Shown here: positions 19,782 to 30,579 of the stretch, piece after piece | Layout of the letters: each line of letters starts with the position of its first letter | How positions within the stretch are numbered: the stretch's first letter is position 1 | From: Candidatus Zhuqueibacterota bacterium | GTDB taxonomy: Bacteria > Zhuqueibacterota > Zhuqueibacteria > Thermofontimicrobiales > Thermofontimicrobiaceae | DNA length: 64,000 nt | NCBI GenBank assembly: GCA_049322915.1 | Contig: JBMOPW010000026.1 | Coordinates: 128,001-192,000, forward strand | Direction of reading: 5' to 3' | Notes under the pieces: model-generated | Seen by the model: only the letters and a program-made list of their open reading frames with translations | Told to the model about the DNA's origin: nothing | Databases searched by the model: none | Program-made: the position numbers and the translations under genes

Positions 19782-20633
19782 ATGAAAAAAATGAAAGATG
19801 AAAATCAAATAATTGAGCTGTTGAAAAATCAGTCTCAAACCGACGTCCCCTCAGAAGTGGAACACCGTTTGAAAAACCGACTTGTGGAATTCAAACAGAA
19901 CCTCGATCCCCGGGAAAGGGAAACTAACCGCCGTCTGTTTGCTGAACTACTGGATTGGCTTTATATTCCAAAAGTGCGCTGGGCAGTGGCAGTCGCCATC
20001 CTGGCTGGAGTGATTATCCTGGGCTCGCTGGTGACGTTCCTTCCCCAAAATACCGATTCGGTGTATGCGGCGGTGGTGGAACAGTTGCGAAGCCTCCAGT
20101 CAATTTCATATTCATTTCAGCTACAAAATGGAGTTGAAGCGCACATCACCATGAAAGAACCCGGACTGGTTCGGGTAAAAACTTCGTGGGGTATCGAATT
20201 TATCAGCGACGAAAATAGCCAACGAAAGCTGATTTTAATTCATCGTCTAAAAAAATTCGTCACTGAAAAAGATGAGGATATGCAATTCGCTATGGGTGAT
20301 TTTATTCAAAATGATTTGCTCAATATACCTGTAAAGGCGGATGAAAAATTGGGGAAACGGGTTTTGGATGGTGAGGAAACCGTTGGCTTCCGCATTAAAC
20401 AAGGCACGAGTCATATGGACGTTTGGATTGAACCGATTTCCTGCCAACTCCGACATGTGGATATTGACTTTCTGATGGGGCCTGTAAAATTGCATCACAT
20501 GGAAATCAAAAATATAAAAATCAATGAACCGGTGGGTGATTCGACATTCGAGTTGAATCCACCAGCCGATTATGAAAAGATGACCCTGCCGGAATACAAT
20601 CTCATTCAGTCAGAAAATTTGATCAATAAATAA
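19782..20633 (+). CDS. Putative anti-sigma factor with LolA-like periplasmic domain
   Basis: Directly follows the ECF sigma gene; short cytoplasmic N-terminus, one TM, beta-rich C-domain ending FELNPPADY. Confidence 0.7.
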   Translation: MKKMKDENQIIELLKNQSQTDVPSEVEHRLKNRLVEFKQNLDPRERETNRRLFAELLDWLYIPKVRWAVAVAILAGVIILGSLVTFLPQNTDSVYAAVVEQLRSLQSISYSFQLQNGVEAHITMKEPGLVRVKTSWGIEFISDENSQRKLILIHRLKKFVTEKDEDMQFAMGDFIQNDLLNIPVKADEKLGKRVLDGEETVGFRIKQGTSHMDVWIEPISCQLRHVDIDFLMGPVKLHHMEIKNIKINEPVGDSTFELNPPADYEKMTLPEYNLIQSENLINK

Positions 20634-20638
20634 CCTAA

Positions 20639-20799
20639 CCTGAATTATTCATGAACTTGCTCAGAATTTGAGTCAACATTTAGATTTTCAATTAGCTAAA
20701 GGCTAAGCTATTTTGAAACTCAGTTTTTATACGTTTATTCTAAAAAGAGCACCATTCAGGTTAGCCAGCCTCCTTTAAAAATACTATGAATAATGCAGG
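20639..20799 (+). mobile_element. 161-bp MITE copy 3
   Basis: CTAA-CCTGAATTATTCAT...ATGAATAATGCAGG-CTAA; lies between the anti-sigma stop codon and its terminator. Confidence 0.92.
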
Positions 20800-20811
20800 C
20801 TAAAAGACTGA

Positions 20812-20850
20812 GAACAGGGATTGAATGTGACGATCCCTGTTCGCTTTCTT
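20812..20850 (+). terminator. Probable intrinsic terminator
   Basis: GAACAGGGAT...ATCCCTGTTC stem followed by GCTTTCTT. Confidence 0.6.
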
Positions 20851-21134
20851 CCCTCACAGATTATGCGTCACCAGTTCATTCACATTACATATTACAATGC
20901 TCCGCTCCGTCACGGTGAGGGTTTTGTGATGATCGCGTTGTCTGATCATTGATCCGGCCGATGCCCTTGAATGCCAGGGTGATTTCCCCATTTTTAAAGT
21001 ATGAGCCAACCGCGATGTGACTGCCGAGATGCGTCGGGACCTGACTATGGGCTGAAGCGTGAACTATTTTTTATTCAATATTAACTGCGCAATGTCATGC
21101 CGGATGAAAATAACTGAGCGTGGGGAATCCCTTC

Positions 21135-22244
21135 TCAGCGCATGATGAAATCGCCGTTTTGATAGGTGAGAAGACCGTCGGCGTAAATTTCTCCGCCATC
21201 GCTCATGTCTTTGAGCATGTCCCAGTGAAGCCCTGATTTGTTCCGGCTGCCGCTCTGAGGAATTCCGCGGCCAATTGCCAGGTGCACCGTGTGGCCCATC
21301 TTTTCATCGAACAGCATGTTCTTCGTGAATCTACTGATGTGTTTGTTTGTGCCGATGGCAATTTCCCCGACGTATTTCGCCCCGTCATCGATCTCCAATA
21401 ACTGGCGGAGCAGGTTTTCGCCTTTGGCCGCGCGAGCTTCCACCACTTTCCCTGTTTCGAATCGAAGGAAAATATCCTCGATTTCCTCACCCTGATAAAT
21501 GCCGGGATAGGTGAACCGAATGTGTCCTTCGACGGAGTCTTCGATGGGGCCGGTGAAAACCTCGCCGTCAGGGAAATTATTCCGGCCGTCGCAGTTGATC
21601 CAGGTTCGTCCTTCGCAGCGAAACGACAGGTCTGTGTCTTTCCCAACATACCGCATCTGCTTCACGGTATTCAACCGATCGCACAGTTTTTGTTGTGCGC
21701 GTGAAAATGCCTTCCAGAAATCGATGGGGTCATCCTCGTTCAGGTGCATGGCGTCGAACACAAATTCAGCGTATTCATCGAGGGACATATTTGCTTCCTG
21801 GGCTAACGCCGGCGAAGGATTGGCCGCGCCAACCCAGCGCAGTTTTCCCTGTCCCCAGCGCTCGAAAATTTTTTCAGAAATTGGTTTTTGAGCCAGAATT
21901 CGCTGCTTCTTTTTGGATGAATCGATTGAAGTGAGGGCGCGGGGATTCAGGTCCGGGAATATCGCGATGAGCGCGTCCATGTTTTCAGTCTCATGCAGGC
22001 GGAAGGGATCGGTGTAATTCAACTGAAAATCACGCGCGGTCTTGTAAAACAGATAGTCCATATCCTCGAAGGTCATGCGCACAGTCGGATGGCCGCCAGC
22101 CAGAATGACCTGCTGGAAAATTTCCCGCAGCAAAGGCTCGGACGCAGTTGAACCGGAGATGACGATCTTATCCCGTTCTTTCACGTCGATGGAATAATGG
22201 ACCAGGACATGGGCGAGTCTGGTCAATCGCTGATCTGCTTTCAT
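21135..22244 (-). CDS. Aminopeptidase, M29 (AmpT/PepS) family
   Basis: NFPDGEVFTGP, GEIAIGTN, LFDEKM..TVHLAIG, N.SGLHWD. Confidence 0.93.
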   Translation of the reverse strand: MKADQRLTRLAHVLVHYSIDVKERDKIVISGSTASEPLLREIFQQVILAGGHPTVRMTFEDMDYLFYKTARDFQLNYTDPFRLHETENMDALIAIFPDLNPRALTSIDSSKKKQRILAQKPISEKIFERWGQGKLRWVGAANPSPALAQEANMSLDEYAEFVFDAMHLNEDDPIDFWKAFSRAQQKLCDRLNTVKQMRYVGKDTDLSFRCEGRTWINCDGRNNFPDGEVFTGPIEDSVEGHIRFTYPGIYQGEEIEDIFLRFETGKVVEARAAKGENLLRQLLEIDDGAKYVGEIAIGTNKHISRFTKNMLFDEKMGHTVHLAIGRGIPQSGSRNKSGLHWDMLKDMSDGGEIYADGLLTYQNGDFIMR

Positions 22245-22419
22245 GGGTGTCTCCAATCGTTGATAGGTCTGTTCCCGGGAATCGGCGCCGGAGATGAAGA
22301 ATCTCTGCCGCAGTGTTGGCGCAGCAGAGATTCTTCATGGCTCGGGGATTATATTTTCTCGAAGCAAGCAGCGCGTCGGGTTCCTTTGAAGCCCAGACGC
22401 CTCTGCCTGAGAGTCGCAT

Positions 22420-25400
22420 TTACCGCACAGGATAGGCCGGCTTTGCCGGGAACTGGTACGGCTCCGCCTTGATTTTATCCAGCAGCACCTGAATGGCGGT
22501 TTCTAATTGTTTATCATGGCCCTGCATCACCGACGCCGGATCATTCTCCACCAGCATGTCCGGGTCAGCGCCATGATTTTCCACCAGCCATTTTCCATCG
22601 CGCCCGTAAAATGAATTGTTTGATTGGTGAACGATACCGTTGTCGATCGTCGTCTGGCCATTGACAATGCCGACCAATCCGCCCCACGATGGCGTACCGA
22701 TGACAGTGCCCAGTTTGCGCGCTTTGAAATGTTCAATGAACGCCTCGCCGTCCGAACCGTTGTGCTCGTTGGTCACCACGGCGAGATGCCCGTTGCACAC
22801 ACTGCCTGGATATCGGAACGGCTCCATATTCTTCAGGCAGTTGTAGGCCACCATTTTGCGCTCCAGTTTATCGATGAGAAAATACTCGGTCCAGCCGCCG
22901 CCATTCCCGCGAACGTCGATGATCAGGCCTTTTTTATAACGAAATGCGCGCCAGAATTTGTCGAACTGCGCCACGTTGCCGGAGCCCATGGCCGTGATGT
23001 GCATGTACCCAATTTCGCCGCGGCTGAGCGCGAGCGTCTTGTCGATATTGTCAGCTAGCCACCGTTCATAGCGCAGCCCGCGTTCGGATCGGATGGGCTC
23101 GATTTCATACACCTGGCTATTTTCCATCGTTGGCGCGCTGTTCACAGTCAACTTCACTTTTTGCCCGCGAGTCACCTGAAGATGGGCGTACGGATCGTCC
23201 GGGTATTTCACTTCAACCCCGTCAATGGCAAGGAGGTAATCGCCTTCTTTGATATTGAAATCCGGTCGCGCCAATGGCGAGGTCAGGTCGCGATTGTATT
23301 TCGTGGCGCCGAAAATCGTTTCGAACTGATAATAGCCTTTATCCGATTTTTTCAGTTCTGCGCCCAGAAGGCCGGTGAACACAGGATTGTCCTGGGACTG
23401 GCTGGGTCCTGTATCGCCGCCGCCAACGTAGGTGTGGGAGACACACAGTTCACCCACCATCTGCGAGAGGAGCCAGTTCAGATCCTGCCGCGATCGGAGT
23501 TGGGGAATATAGGTTTTGTAGGTGTCGCCCATTTTCTTCCAGTCATGACCGTGCATATTGGGATCGTAGAAGAAATCGCGGTACCAGCGCCAGGCGTCAT
23601 TGAAAATCTGCGTCCATTCCTCGACCGGTTTCACGCGATAGGTCATTTCGCTCAAATTGATTTTCTCACCGATGGACTGCGACGAACATAATTTATCAAG
23701 CCGATCGCTGGAATAATCATTCCTTTTTTTGATAATGATGAAATCGCGATTGCTGGACAAACGCCAATCGCTGATCTGTTCTTTGAGCACGGTATCTTTT
23801 TCTTTGCCCATGTCGAAAATGTGCAGGTCCCACTGGTCGCTTCCAGTCGGTTTGAAAATCTGTTCGTATTCGTTGTCGCCGAAACGTTCCACAGAAGCCC
23901 AGGTCACCATGCCTTTGCCTGCTTTGAGATAGAAATAATTCCCGGCATTCACCGGCAGCGAGAACACGCGATCCTGAATTCCTTCCAGGTCGATGCGAAA
24001 TGGCTGGCTGGATTTTTGGGCGACATCATCCAATTTTTGGAACAGCGGTTTTTGGCCATTTTTGAGCTGCACGACCATCACTTTCACCGGATTGGGAACC
24101 ACGTGATTATCTTCGAACACATCCATCTGCACGTCGAAATTGCAGTAGGAGAGAAAATAGAGGTATTCGCCATTGGCGTCAAATGAGGGATTGATATTAT
24201 CGTAAAAATCGCTGGTGATGGGATGGCGCGAATTTAGTTCAAGATTGTACAGAAAAACGATGCTATTGCGGTTGAATTGAACAAACGAATAGGTCACCCA
24301 TTTGCTGTCCGGAGACCAACTGTAATCGCTTATTTCCCAGTAAAATTCATCGTTTTTGAGCTGATTGGATGAATCGATCTTGACGAGTTTTTTGGTCGTC
24401 ACGTCAACGTAAAATATAGCAAAGTCTTTATTTCCGAAAAGTATCTTTTTGCTATCAGGCGACCATTCCAGATGATAGACCGTATTTTTCATTCCGTTTG
24501 TCAATTGAATCCAGGCGGATCCAGGCTTGAGGTTCATCATGTAAAGCTCGTATTCGCCGGATTTGTCCGAGAAAAAAGCGATGGACTTTCCGTCCGGGGA
24601 AACCTGGGGATACCGCTCGCGACTGCCGGCGCTGTTCGTCAGATTTTTGGTATCGCCTTCATCGCCGGTCGGGACAAGAAAAACATCGCCGCGCGCTTCG
24701 AACACAGCGGTTTTGCCATCATCGGAAATAGACATGGAATGCACATAGTCTTTCGGATTCACCGTGCGGTCGGCCAATCGCCAATTGTCCGTGGGTATGG
24801 AAACGTGAACCTGCTGCGGTGTCCCCTGCGCCGGATTCAACCGGTAGAGATAGCCGGAGTGCATATACACAATGCTGGTCCCATCGGTGGAAGCCATTTG
24901 AACATCGAAATTGTCGTACTGTGTGATCGGGTCGATTTTTTTCGTCGTAAAATTGTAGTGATAAATATTGGCGATGCCATTTTCACCCCGATCCGAGACG
25001 AAATACATGCCGTCGCCGATCCACATGGGATAGCTGTTTTTGCCCACGTAATCGGTGAGTTTCGTGAAGGCCTTCGCGGCAAAGTCGTACATCCAGATGT
25101 CCTGGTATTGACCGCCCTTGTATCGTTTCCAGTAATATTCTTCACGACCGCGGGTGTTGTAGACCATCTTTTTTCCGTCAGGGGAGAAGGTGCACAGCAC
25201 GCCGGAGGGAACCGGCAGTTCTTCCGGCAGACCGCCATTCGGGGTGACGGAATATAATTTCACAATGGGCCGGAAGGTATTTTCATGCCCGGAGCGAAAG
25301 ATGATCTGTTTGCTGTCCGGCGTCCATGTGATGACGTCCGCCGAGACATGATACGTCAGCCGATTGGGAGTGCCTCCCTCCATGGGAATCAGATAGACGT

Positions 25401-25662
25401 TCGAACCATTGTCATAGTTGCCGGAAAAAGCGATCCATTTGCCATCCGGCGAAATTTTGCCTGTCTCTTCATTGCCGGGGTGGGAAGTCAGCCGCATGGC
25501 TGTCCCGCCGGTCGCGTTGACTGTCCACAGATCACCTTCGTAGGTGAACACAATTTTTTCGCCGCGGATGTTCGGGCTGGACATGAAACGGCCTTCAATC
25601 GCAGCGAAGACAAAACTGGCTAATGTAAGAACGATTAGCACAGTCAGTTTAAAAAATCGCAT
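22420..25662 (-). CDS. Tricorn protease homolog (S41), exported
   Basis: FTYEGDLW, WKRYKGG, propeller repeats, FYDPNMHG.DW, PDZ, DVRGNGGG, GSDGE, WGGLVG, ENHGADPD. Confidence 0.95.
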   Translation of the reverse strand: MRFFKLTVLIVLTLASFVFAAIEGRFMSSPNIRGEKIVFTYEGDLWTVNATGGTAMRLTSHPGNEETGKISPDGKWIAFSGNYDNGSNVYLIPMEGGTPNRLTYHVSADVITWTPDSKQIIFRSGHENTFRPIVKLYSVTPNGGLPEELPVPSGVLCTFSPDGKKMVYNTRGREEYYWKRYKGGQYQDIWMYDFAAKAFTKLTDYVGKNSYPMWIGDGMYFVSDRGENGIANIYHYNFTTKKIDPITQYDNFDVQMASTDGTSIVYMHSGYLYRLNPAQGTPQQVHVSIPTDNWRLADRTVNPKDYVHSMSISDDGKTAVFEARGDVFLVPTGDEGDTKNLTNSAGSRERYPQVSPDGKSIAFFSDKSGEYELYMMNLKPGSAWIQLTNGMKNTVYHLEWSPDSKKILFGNKDFAIFYVDVTTKKLVKIDSSNQLKNDEFYWEISDYSWSPDSKWVTYSFVQFNRNSIVFLYNLELNSRHPITSDFYDNINPSFDANGEYLYFLSYCNFDVQMDVFEDNHVVPNPVKVMVVQLKNGQKPLFQKLDDVAQKSSQPFRIDLEGIQDRVFSLPVNAGNYFYLKAGKGMVTWASVERFGDNEYEQIFKPTGSDQWDLHIFDMGKEKDTVLKEQISDWRLSSNRDFIIIKKRNDYSSDRLDKLCSSQSIGEKINLSEMTYRVKPVEEWTQIFNDAWRWYRDFFYDPNMHGHDWKKMGDTYKTYIPQLRSRQDLNWLLSQMVGELCVSHTYVGGGDTGPSQSQDNPVFTGLLGAELKKSDKGYYQFETIFGATKYNRDLTSPLARPDFNIKEGDYLLAIDGVEVKYPDDPYAHLQVTRGQKVKLTVNSAPTMENSQVYEIEPIRSERGLRYERWLADNIDKTLALSRGEIGYMHITAMGSGNVAQFDKFWRAFRYKKGLIIDVRGNGGGWTEYFLIDKLERKMVAYNCLKNMEPFRYPGSVCNGHLAVVTNEHNGSDGEAFIEHFKARKLGTVIGTPSWGGLVGIVNGQTTIDNGIVHQSNNSFYGRDGKWLVENHGADPDMLVENDPASVMQGHDKQLETAIQVLLDKIKAEPYQFPAKPAYPVR

Positions 25663-25847
25663 GGCAATTCCTCCAATGATAAAAGTGGTTGAAGATTTGG
25701 TTGTGGTGAATTTTAGATGTGGTGATGCTTAGTTCTGGTTTGATAGTTAAGCCTTACGTAATTATAATTATATTGTTTGCAGAATGCAAGAAAAAAATAC
25801 TTGCCATTTAGAAAATGTTTTGTAAATTTGGATTTAAATCCTGACAG

Positions 25848-26232
25848 GCAGCGCTTCCCAGAAAAAAGCATAGAACGCTGATGAAGCGGATGACGCAGAT
25901 GAACGCAGATAAAAGACTTTTGGTGTCCATTGAGACCAGGTCATTGTTGTTTTTTGAATCAAAAAAAATCCGCGCGAATCCGTGTAATCCGTGTTTTATA
26001 AAAAACTGAGCGAGTGGGACTTCAAAAAAAGCATAGAACGCGGATGACGCAGATGAACGCGGATAAAAGACTTTTGGTGACCATTGACGCCTGGTCATTC
26101 TTGTTTTTTGAATCAAAAATAATCCGCGCGAATCCGTGTCATCCGTGTTCTATAAAAAACTGAGCGAGCAGCGCTTCCCAGAAAAAAGCATAGAACGCTG
26201 ATGACGCGGATGACGCAGATGAACACAGATAA
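25848..26232. repeat. Tandem array of ~160-bp self-complementary units (about 2.4 copies)
   Basis: GCATAGAACG at 25868, 26031 and 26188; each unit has a (GCGGATGAC)n left arm and an (ATCCGCG/ATCCGTG)n right arm. Confidence 0.9.
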
Positions 26233-26257
26233 GATGATCCTAAAAAAGGACTATACC

Positions 26258-27217
26258 ATGCAACGCCACTCACACAATCCAATCATCACCCGAAAAGATA
26301 TCCCTGATATTCCGCCGCATCTCGTGGATGTGACCTCGGTTTTCAATCCGGGCGCGGTAAAATTCAACGGCACCTACCTGCTTTTGCTGCGCGTGCAAAA
26401 CCGCGGCAGGGAGACTTTCATCGTGAAAGCGCAGAGCAAGGACGGTGTTCACTTCGATGTCGATAATCGAATCGTTCAATTCCAGGGCATCGAGAAAGTC
26501 GCGGAGAAAATTTATCACTGCTACGACCCCCGCATCACCCGCATCGAAAATTCCTATTACATCATGTTTGCTATGGATATGGATTCAGGCTGCCAGTTAG
26601 GATTGGCGCGAACGCTGGATTTTGAGCGCTATGAGTTTTTGGGCATTACCACTACTGAGGATTCCCGAAATGGCGTGCTTTTTCCTGAGAAGATTGATGG
26701 CAAGTATTACCGATTGGACCGCCCCAACAAAATGAAACTTGGCGATGGTCCTACCTCCGGCAACACTATCTGCCTGTCACACTCTGACGATTTACTGCAT
26801 TGGCAACTGGTTGCGCCGGTGTTGGCCGGACGATTTCATTACTGGGATGAGCTGATCGGCGCCGGCGCCCCACCGATCAAAACGCCGGTGGGCTGGCTGC
26901 TCATTTATCACGGCATTGCCACGCATCTGAACAGCGCCTACATTTACCAGGCCGGGGTTGCGCTGCTCGATTTGAACAAACCTGCCCACGTGCTGGGACG
27001 GAGCCGCTGCAATATTCTGGAACCACGGGAGATGTGCGAACTCACCGGGCAGGTCCCTAATGTGGTTTTTCCCAGCGGTGCTATTGTGGAACAATGCGAC
27101 GCGGCCGGTTTTGCCGCACTGGATAGCCCGTTGAAAATCTACTACGGCGCTGCGGATACGTGTGTTGGATTGGCAATAACTACGGTGAACGAGTTGGTTC
27201 AGGCGGCGATGGAGTGA
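26258..27217 (+). CDS. GH130 family glycoside phosphorylase/mannosidase
   Basis: VFNPGA, YDPRIT, RNGVLFPEKI.GKY..LDRP, IGAGAPPIKT..GWLLIYHG, GQVPNVVFP, YYGAADT. Confidence 0.92.
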   Translation: MQRHSHNPIITRKDIPDIPPHLVDVTSVFNPGAVKFNGTYLLLLRVQNRGRETFIVKAQSKDGVHFDVDNRIVQFQGIEKVAEKIYHCYDPRITRIENSYYIMFAMDMDSGCQLGLARTLDFERYEFLGITTTEDSRNGVLFPEKIDGKYYRLDRPNKMKLGDGPTSGNTICLSHSDDLLHWQLVAPVLAGRFHYWDELIGAGAPPIKTPVGWLLIYHGIATHLNSAYIYQAGVALLDLNKPAHVLGRSRCNILEPREMCELTGQVPNVVFPSGAIVEQCDAAGFAALDSPLKIYYGAADTCVGLAITTVNELVQAAME

Positions 27218-27267
27218 TATTTTTTAATAAAGCAATTCCCGTATCTATTGGGAAAACTGCAAGGTAT

Positions 27268-27883
27268 TTAAGGCTCAATGCCTAATATCAGCAGAGGTAC
27301 CGGAGGTGAATTTCTTCCCTGTCGCATGACATTATAAACTTCACCTTCGTAATAGGCAATCCCAGAAGACATCTGAGATTGCATGACCTTCGTTGGTAAT
27401 ACCTCAATCCCCAAATCGATCACTCCTGCCGTGTAAAATAGCATATGTTTTACAAAGAGGTCATACGCGACGAAAGCATATTTACCGAATTGGACTTCTA
27501 CGGCAATTTTTTCTTTGACAAAATCAGTCTGGTTATAGGAAAAAAATCGGTTCAGTTTCTCCATGTTCAATTAAAAATTTTTTCTGTTCTTTTGCCGAAA
27601 GCGAAATGCTTTTTTCCATTAATTCACGATTCAGAGTTATATAATATTGATACCGACTTTCTTTCCAGTTTTTTTTATCAAACTTCTTTTCGATGGCTTT
27701 ATTAATTTCAACAGGGCTGTACAGTATGCGACCGCTTTTTGTTTTCTCTTTACTTATTTTGGTTTTGAAATGATCAGCATCTAATGTAATGATAATATTT
27801 TTAATCTCTTCATACAAATCATTATGATGAACAATCAGGTATTCTTCTCCATTCAGATGCGAATAAATTTTTGATATTTTCAT
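27268..27883 (-). pseudogene. BglII/BstYI family type II restriction endonuclease, frameshifted
   Basis: MKISKIYSHLNGEE N-half and SYNQTDFVKEKIAVEVQFGKY C-half are in different frames; deleting one base of the A7 run at 27540-27546 joins them. Confidence 0.88.
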
Positions 27884-28824
27884 TGTAATTTCCCTTCGCT
27901 GTTTCCAAATAGCCATTCTTCCGGAAGTTTGGCAACTTTGTCTTTTGGGGAAGGTGTATGAATCGGTTTATTAATTGGTCTCGTTTTCAATGTACCATTT
28001 AATAATTGCATTATTCTTTCTTTGGCCTTCTCAACATATTTCTCTTCTTTTTCTATTCCAATAACATTTCTATTTGTTTTGATAGCAGCTATCAATGTAG
28101 ATCCGACACCAGCATAAGGATCCAATACCCAGCCATTTTCACTCGTCAATGCTAATATACATCTTTCGACGAGCTCGACAGGAAATTGACATGGATGTTC
28201 AGTCTTCTCCGGGTGATTGGATTTAACATTGGGAATATCCCACATCGATTTTTCCCAATCGTTGAGAATAATTTCCCAGACGTCAGAAGGGTTTTTCCCG
28301 TTAGGATTGCCAGATAATTGCCCTTTCTTTGGTCCTTTAAAATATTTTTTCCCTGGATATTTGTGAGGGATCCTAACGCTGTCTAAATTGAAGATATAAT
28401 CATTTCCTTTCGTGAACCAGAGAATAGTTTCATATCGTCCGGAGAATCTTTTAGAGGCATGCAGCCCATGACCAAAATACCAGATAATTCTGTTTCTCAA
28501 ATGAAGATTATATTTTTTAAATATTTGGTAATAGAATATATCAAGAGGAAAAACTTCTCCATCCTTAACATAGTTGCCTACCTGCCAACAGATGCTACCT
28601 CTTGCTGAAGTAACACGAATTAATTGTTTTATCACTTCTTCCTGTCGCTCTAAATATTTTTCAATCGACTGTTTTGTTTCATATTCCTTACCAACATTAT
28701 AGGGTGGTGAAGTAATTACAAGGTCAAATTGGTTATTCTTGAAATTTAATATACTCTCAAGAGTATCGCCTGAGATAACCTCATACTGAGATTTATTATT
28801 AAACTCTGAAAATAATTCGCTCAT
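27880..28824 (-). CDS. Site-specific DNA methyltransferase (beta class, probably N4-C)
   Basis: TSPPY precedes HPCQFP and LDPYAGVGST; AT-rich; stop overlaps the REase start. Confidence 0.93.
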   Translation of the reverse strand: MSELFSEFNNKSQYEVISGDTLESILNFKNNQFDLVITSPPYNVGKEYETKQSIEKYLERQEEVIKQLIRVTSARGSICWQVGNYVKDGEVFPLDIFYYQIFKKYNLHLRNRIIWYFGHGLHASKRFSGRYETILWFTKGNDYIFNLDSVRIPHKYPGKKYFKGPKKGQLSGNPNGKNPSDVWEIILNDWEKSMWDIPNVKSNHPEKTEHPCQFPVELVERCILALTSENGWVLDPYAGVGSTLIAAIKTNRNVIGIEKEEKYVEKAKERIMQLLNGTLKTRPINKPIHTPSPKDKVAKLPEEWLFGNSEGKLQ

Positions 28825-29069
28825 TTTTTTCTAACCTGGGTTTAAATGGAAATAGTTAAATTTTAATCCGATACAAGATAAAAAAAATATTACTTGAATT
28901 CAATATTTTTTTTAGGTTTTATTCCACCTTTCTTTTTTCCAATTTTAGTGTAAGTATTGGTCGGAGACCGGGATGAAAATGCTTCATCGCCTGATGTGCT
29001 GCAACCGCCCTGACGTTTCTCCTTGCTCCGTTAAAATTCAATTTTATATTGCAGGATGGCAGAAATTTT

Positions 29070-30494
29070 TCACAGTTCAATGACCACCATCCGAATATTG
29101 GTCATCTCCTCGATGGCGTATTTCAACCCTTCGCGACCAATGCCGCTCTCTTTATTGCCGCCGTAAGGCATGTGATCAACGCGATAGGTGGGGATGTCGT
29201 TGATGATGATCCCGCCGGCATTGATTTTTTTCACGGCTTTGAATGCCCGATTCAAGTCCTGCGTGTAGATGCCGGCCTGGAGTCCATACTTGGAATTGTC
29301 GACCATTTCCAGCACCTCGTCGAAATTGTCATAGGGCAAAATAGAAACCACCGGGGCGAAGATTTCGTCGGAGACGACTTTCATGGCCGGCGTGACATTC
29401 GTCAGCACGGTGGGTTCGTACATCTGGCCGGTCCGTTTCCCTCCGATCAATATTTCCGCTCCAGCTTCGGCGGCTTCGTTGACCCACATCTCAGCGCGCT
29501 CTGCTTCGTGAATGTCGATCATGGGACCCACATCGCAGTTCTTATTCAATGGATCGCCCACGACCTGTTTCTTTGTGGCCGCGACGAATCGCGCGGTGAA
29601 CGCGTCGAGGATGGTTTGCTGCACATAAATTCGCTGGACGGAAATGCACACCTGGCCCGAGTTGGCGAAGCTGCCCATCACGCAGCGTGGAATGGCTTTG
29701 TCCAGGTCCGCGTCTTCGCAGATGATCACCGGGGAATTGTTGCCGAGTTCCATGGTGTATTTCTTCAGTCCGCCGCGGCTGATAATATATTTTCCCACCG
29801 ATGGACTGCCGGTGAATGTAATCATGGCGACGCGCGGATCAGTCACCAGCCAGTCGCCGACCGTGGATCCGCCTCCCATGATGATATTGATGCCACCATC
29901 CGGCAGGCCGGCCTCCATCAGCAGCTCGCCGAGCTTTAAGGCGGTCAGCGGCGTGCTGGTGGCCGGTTTAAGCACAAGGCTGTTGCCGGCGGCAATGGCC
30001 GGCGCCACTTTGTGCGCCACCAGGTTCAGCGGAAAATTGAATGGGGAAATGGCGCCAATCACGCCAATGGGCGTGCGGATGAAAAAACCCATCCGTTTCT
30101 CAGAGCCGACGCTGGCATCCATGGGAACTGTCTCGCCGTGAATTTGCTTCGCCTCCTCCGCCGCGAACTTGAACGTCTCCACAGCGCGACCCACCTCGCC
30201 AATGGCATATTTCCAGGCTTTGCCGGCCTCGCTGGCAATGAGTGTGGCCAGCTCGTTCCGGTGCTTCTGAATCAGCGCGGATGTCTTTTCCAGAATGGCG
30301 GATCGCTGATGGGCTGGCATATCAGCCATTGTTTTGAACGCCGCCCGGGCGCTGGCGATGGCTTTGTCCACATCCTGTTTCGTTGCTTTGGGCACCGTGC
30401 CGATCAATTCGTGGTTATAGGGATTGACGACTTCAATGGTTTCGTTGCCGGATTGCCACTGGCCATTGATGAGCATTTTATATCTTTCAAACAT
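29070..30494 (-). CDS. Aldehyde dehydrogenase family protein
   Basis: ISPFNFP, KPA, FTGS, MELG, NSGQVC, EIFAP, PYGG.KESG.GREG. Confidence 0.95.
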   Translation of the reverse strand: MFERYKMLINGQWQSGNETIEVVNPYNHELIGTVPKATKQDVDKAIASARAAFKTMADMPAHQRSAILEKTSALIQKHRNELATLIASEAGKAWKYAIGEVGRAVETFKFAAEEAKQIHGETVPMDASVGSEKRMGFFIRTPIGVIGAISPFNFPLNLVAHKVAPAIAAGNSLVLKPATSTPLTALKLGELLMEAGLPDGGINIIMGGGSTVGDWLVTDPRVAMITFTGSPSVGKYIISRGGLKKYTMELGNNSPVIICEDADLDKAIPRCVMGSFANSGQVCISVQRIYVQQTILDAFTARFVAATKKQVVGDPLNKNCDVGPMIDIHEAERAEMWVNEAAEAGAEILIGGKRTGQMYEPTVLTNVTPAMKVVSDEIFAPVVSILPYDNFDEVLEMVDNSKYGLQAGIYTQDLNRAFKAVKKINAGGIIINDIPTYRVDHMPYGGNKESGIGREGLKYAIEEMTNIRMVVIEL

Positions 30495-30579
30495 ACACCC
30501 TCCTCCTGGGATTGATTGTCATGTCGACCTGCTTCTGGCTGCACGAAATGTCAGGTTCGATTTTCAACCGACCGGGTCA

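Noticed and set aside
25808..26116. 102-aa minus-strand ORF
   Set aside because: It is a translation of the tandem repeat, not a plausible protein
25848..26232. CRISPR array
   Set aside because: Units are ~160 bp with near-identical cores rather than unique spacers; no cas genes
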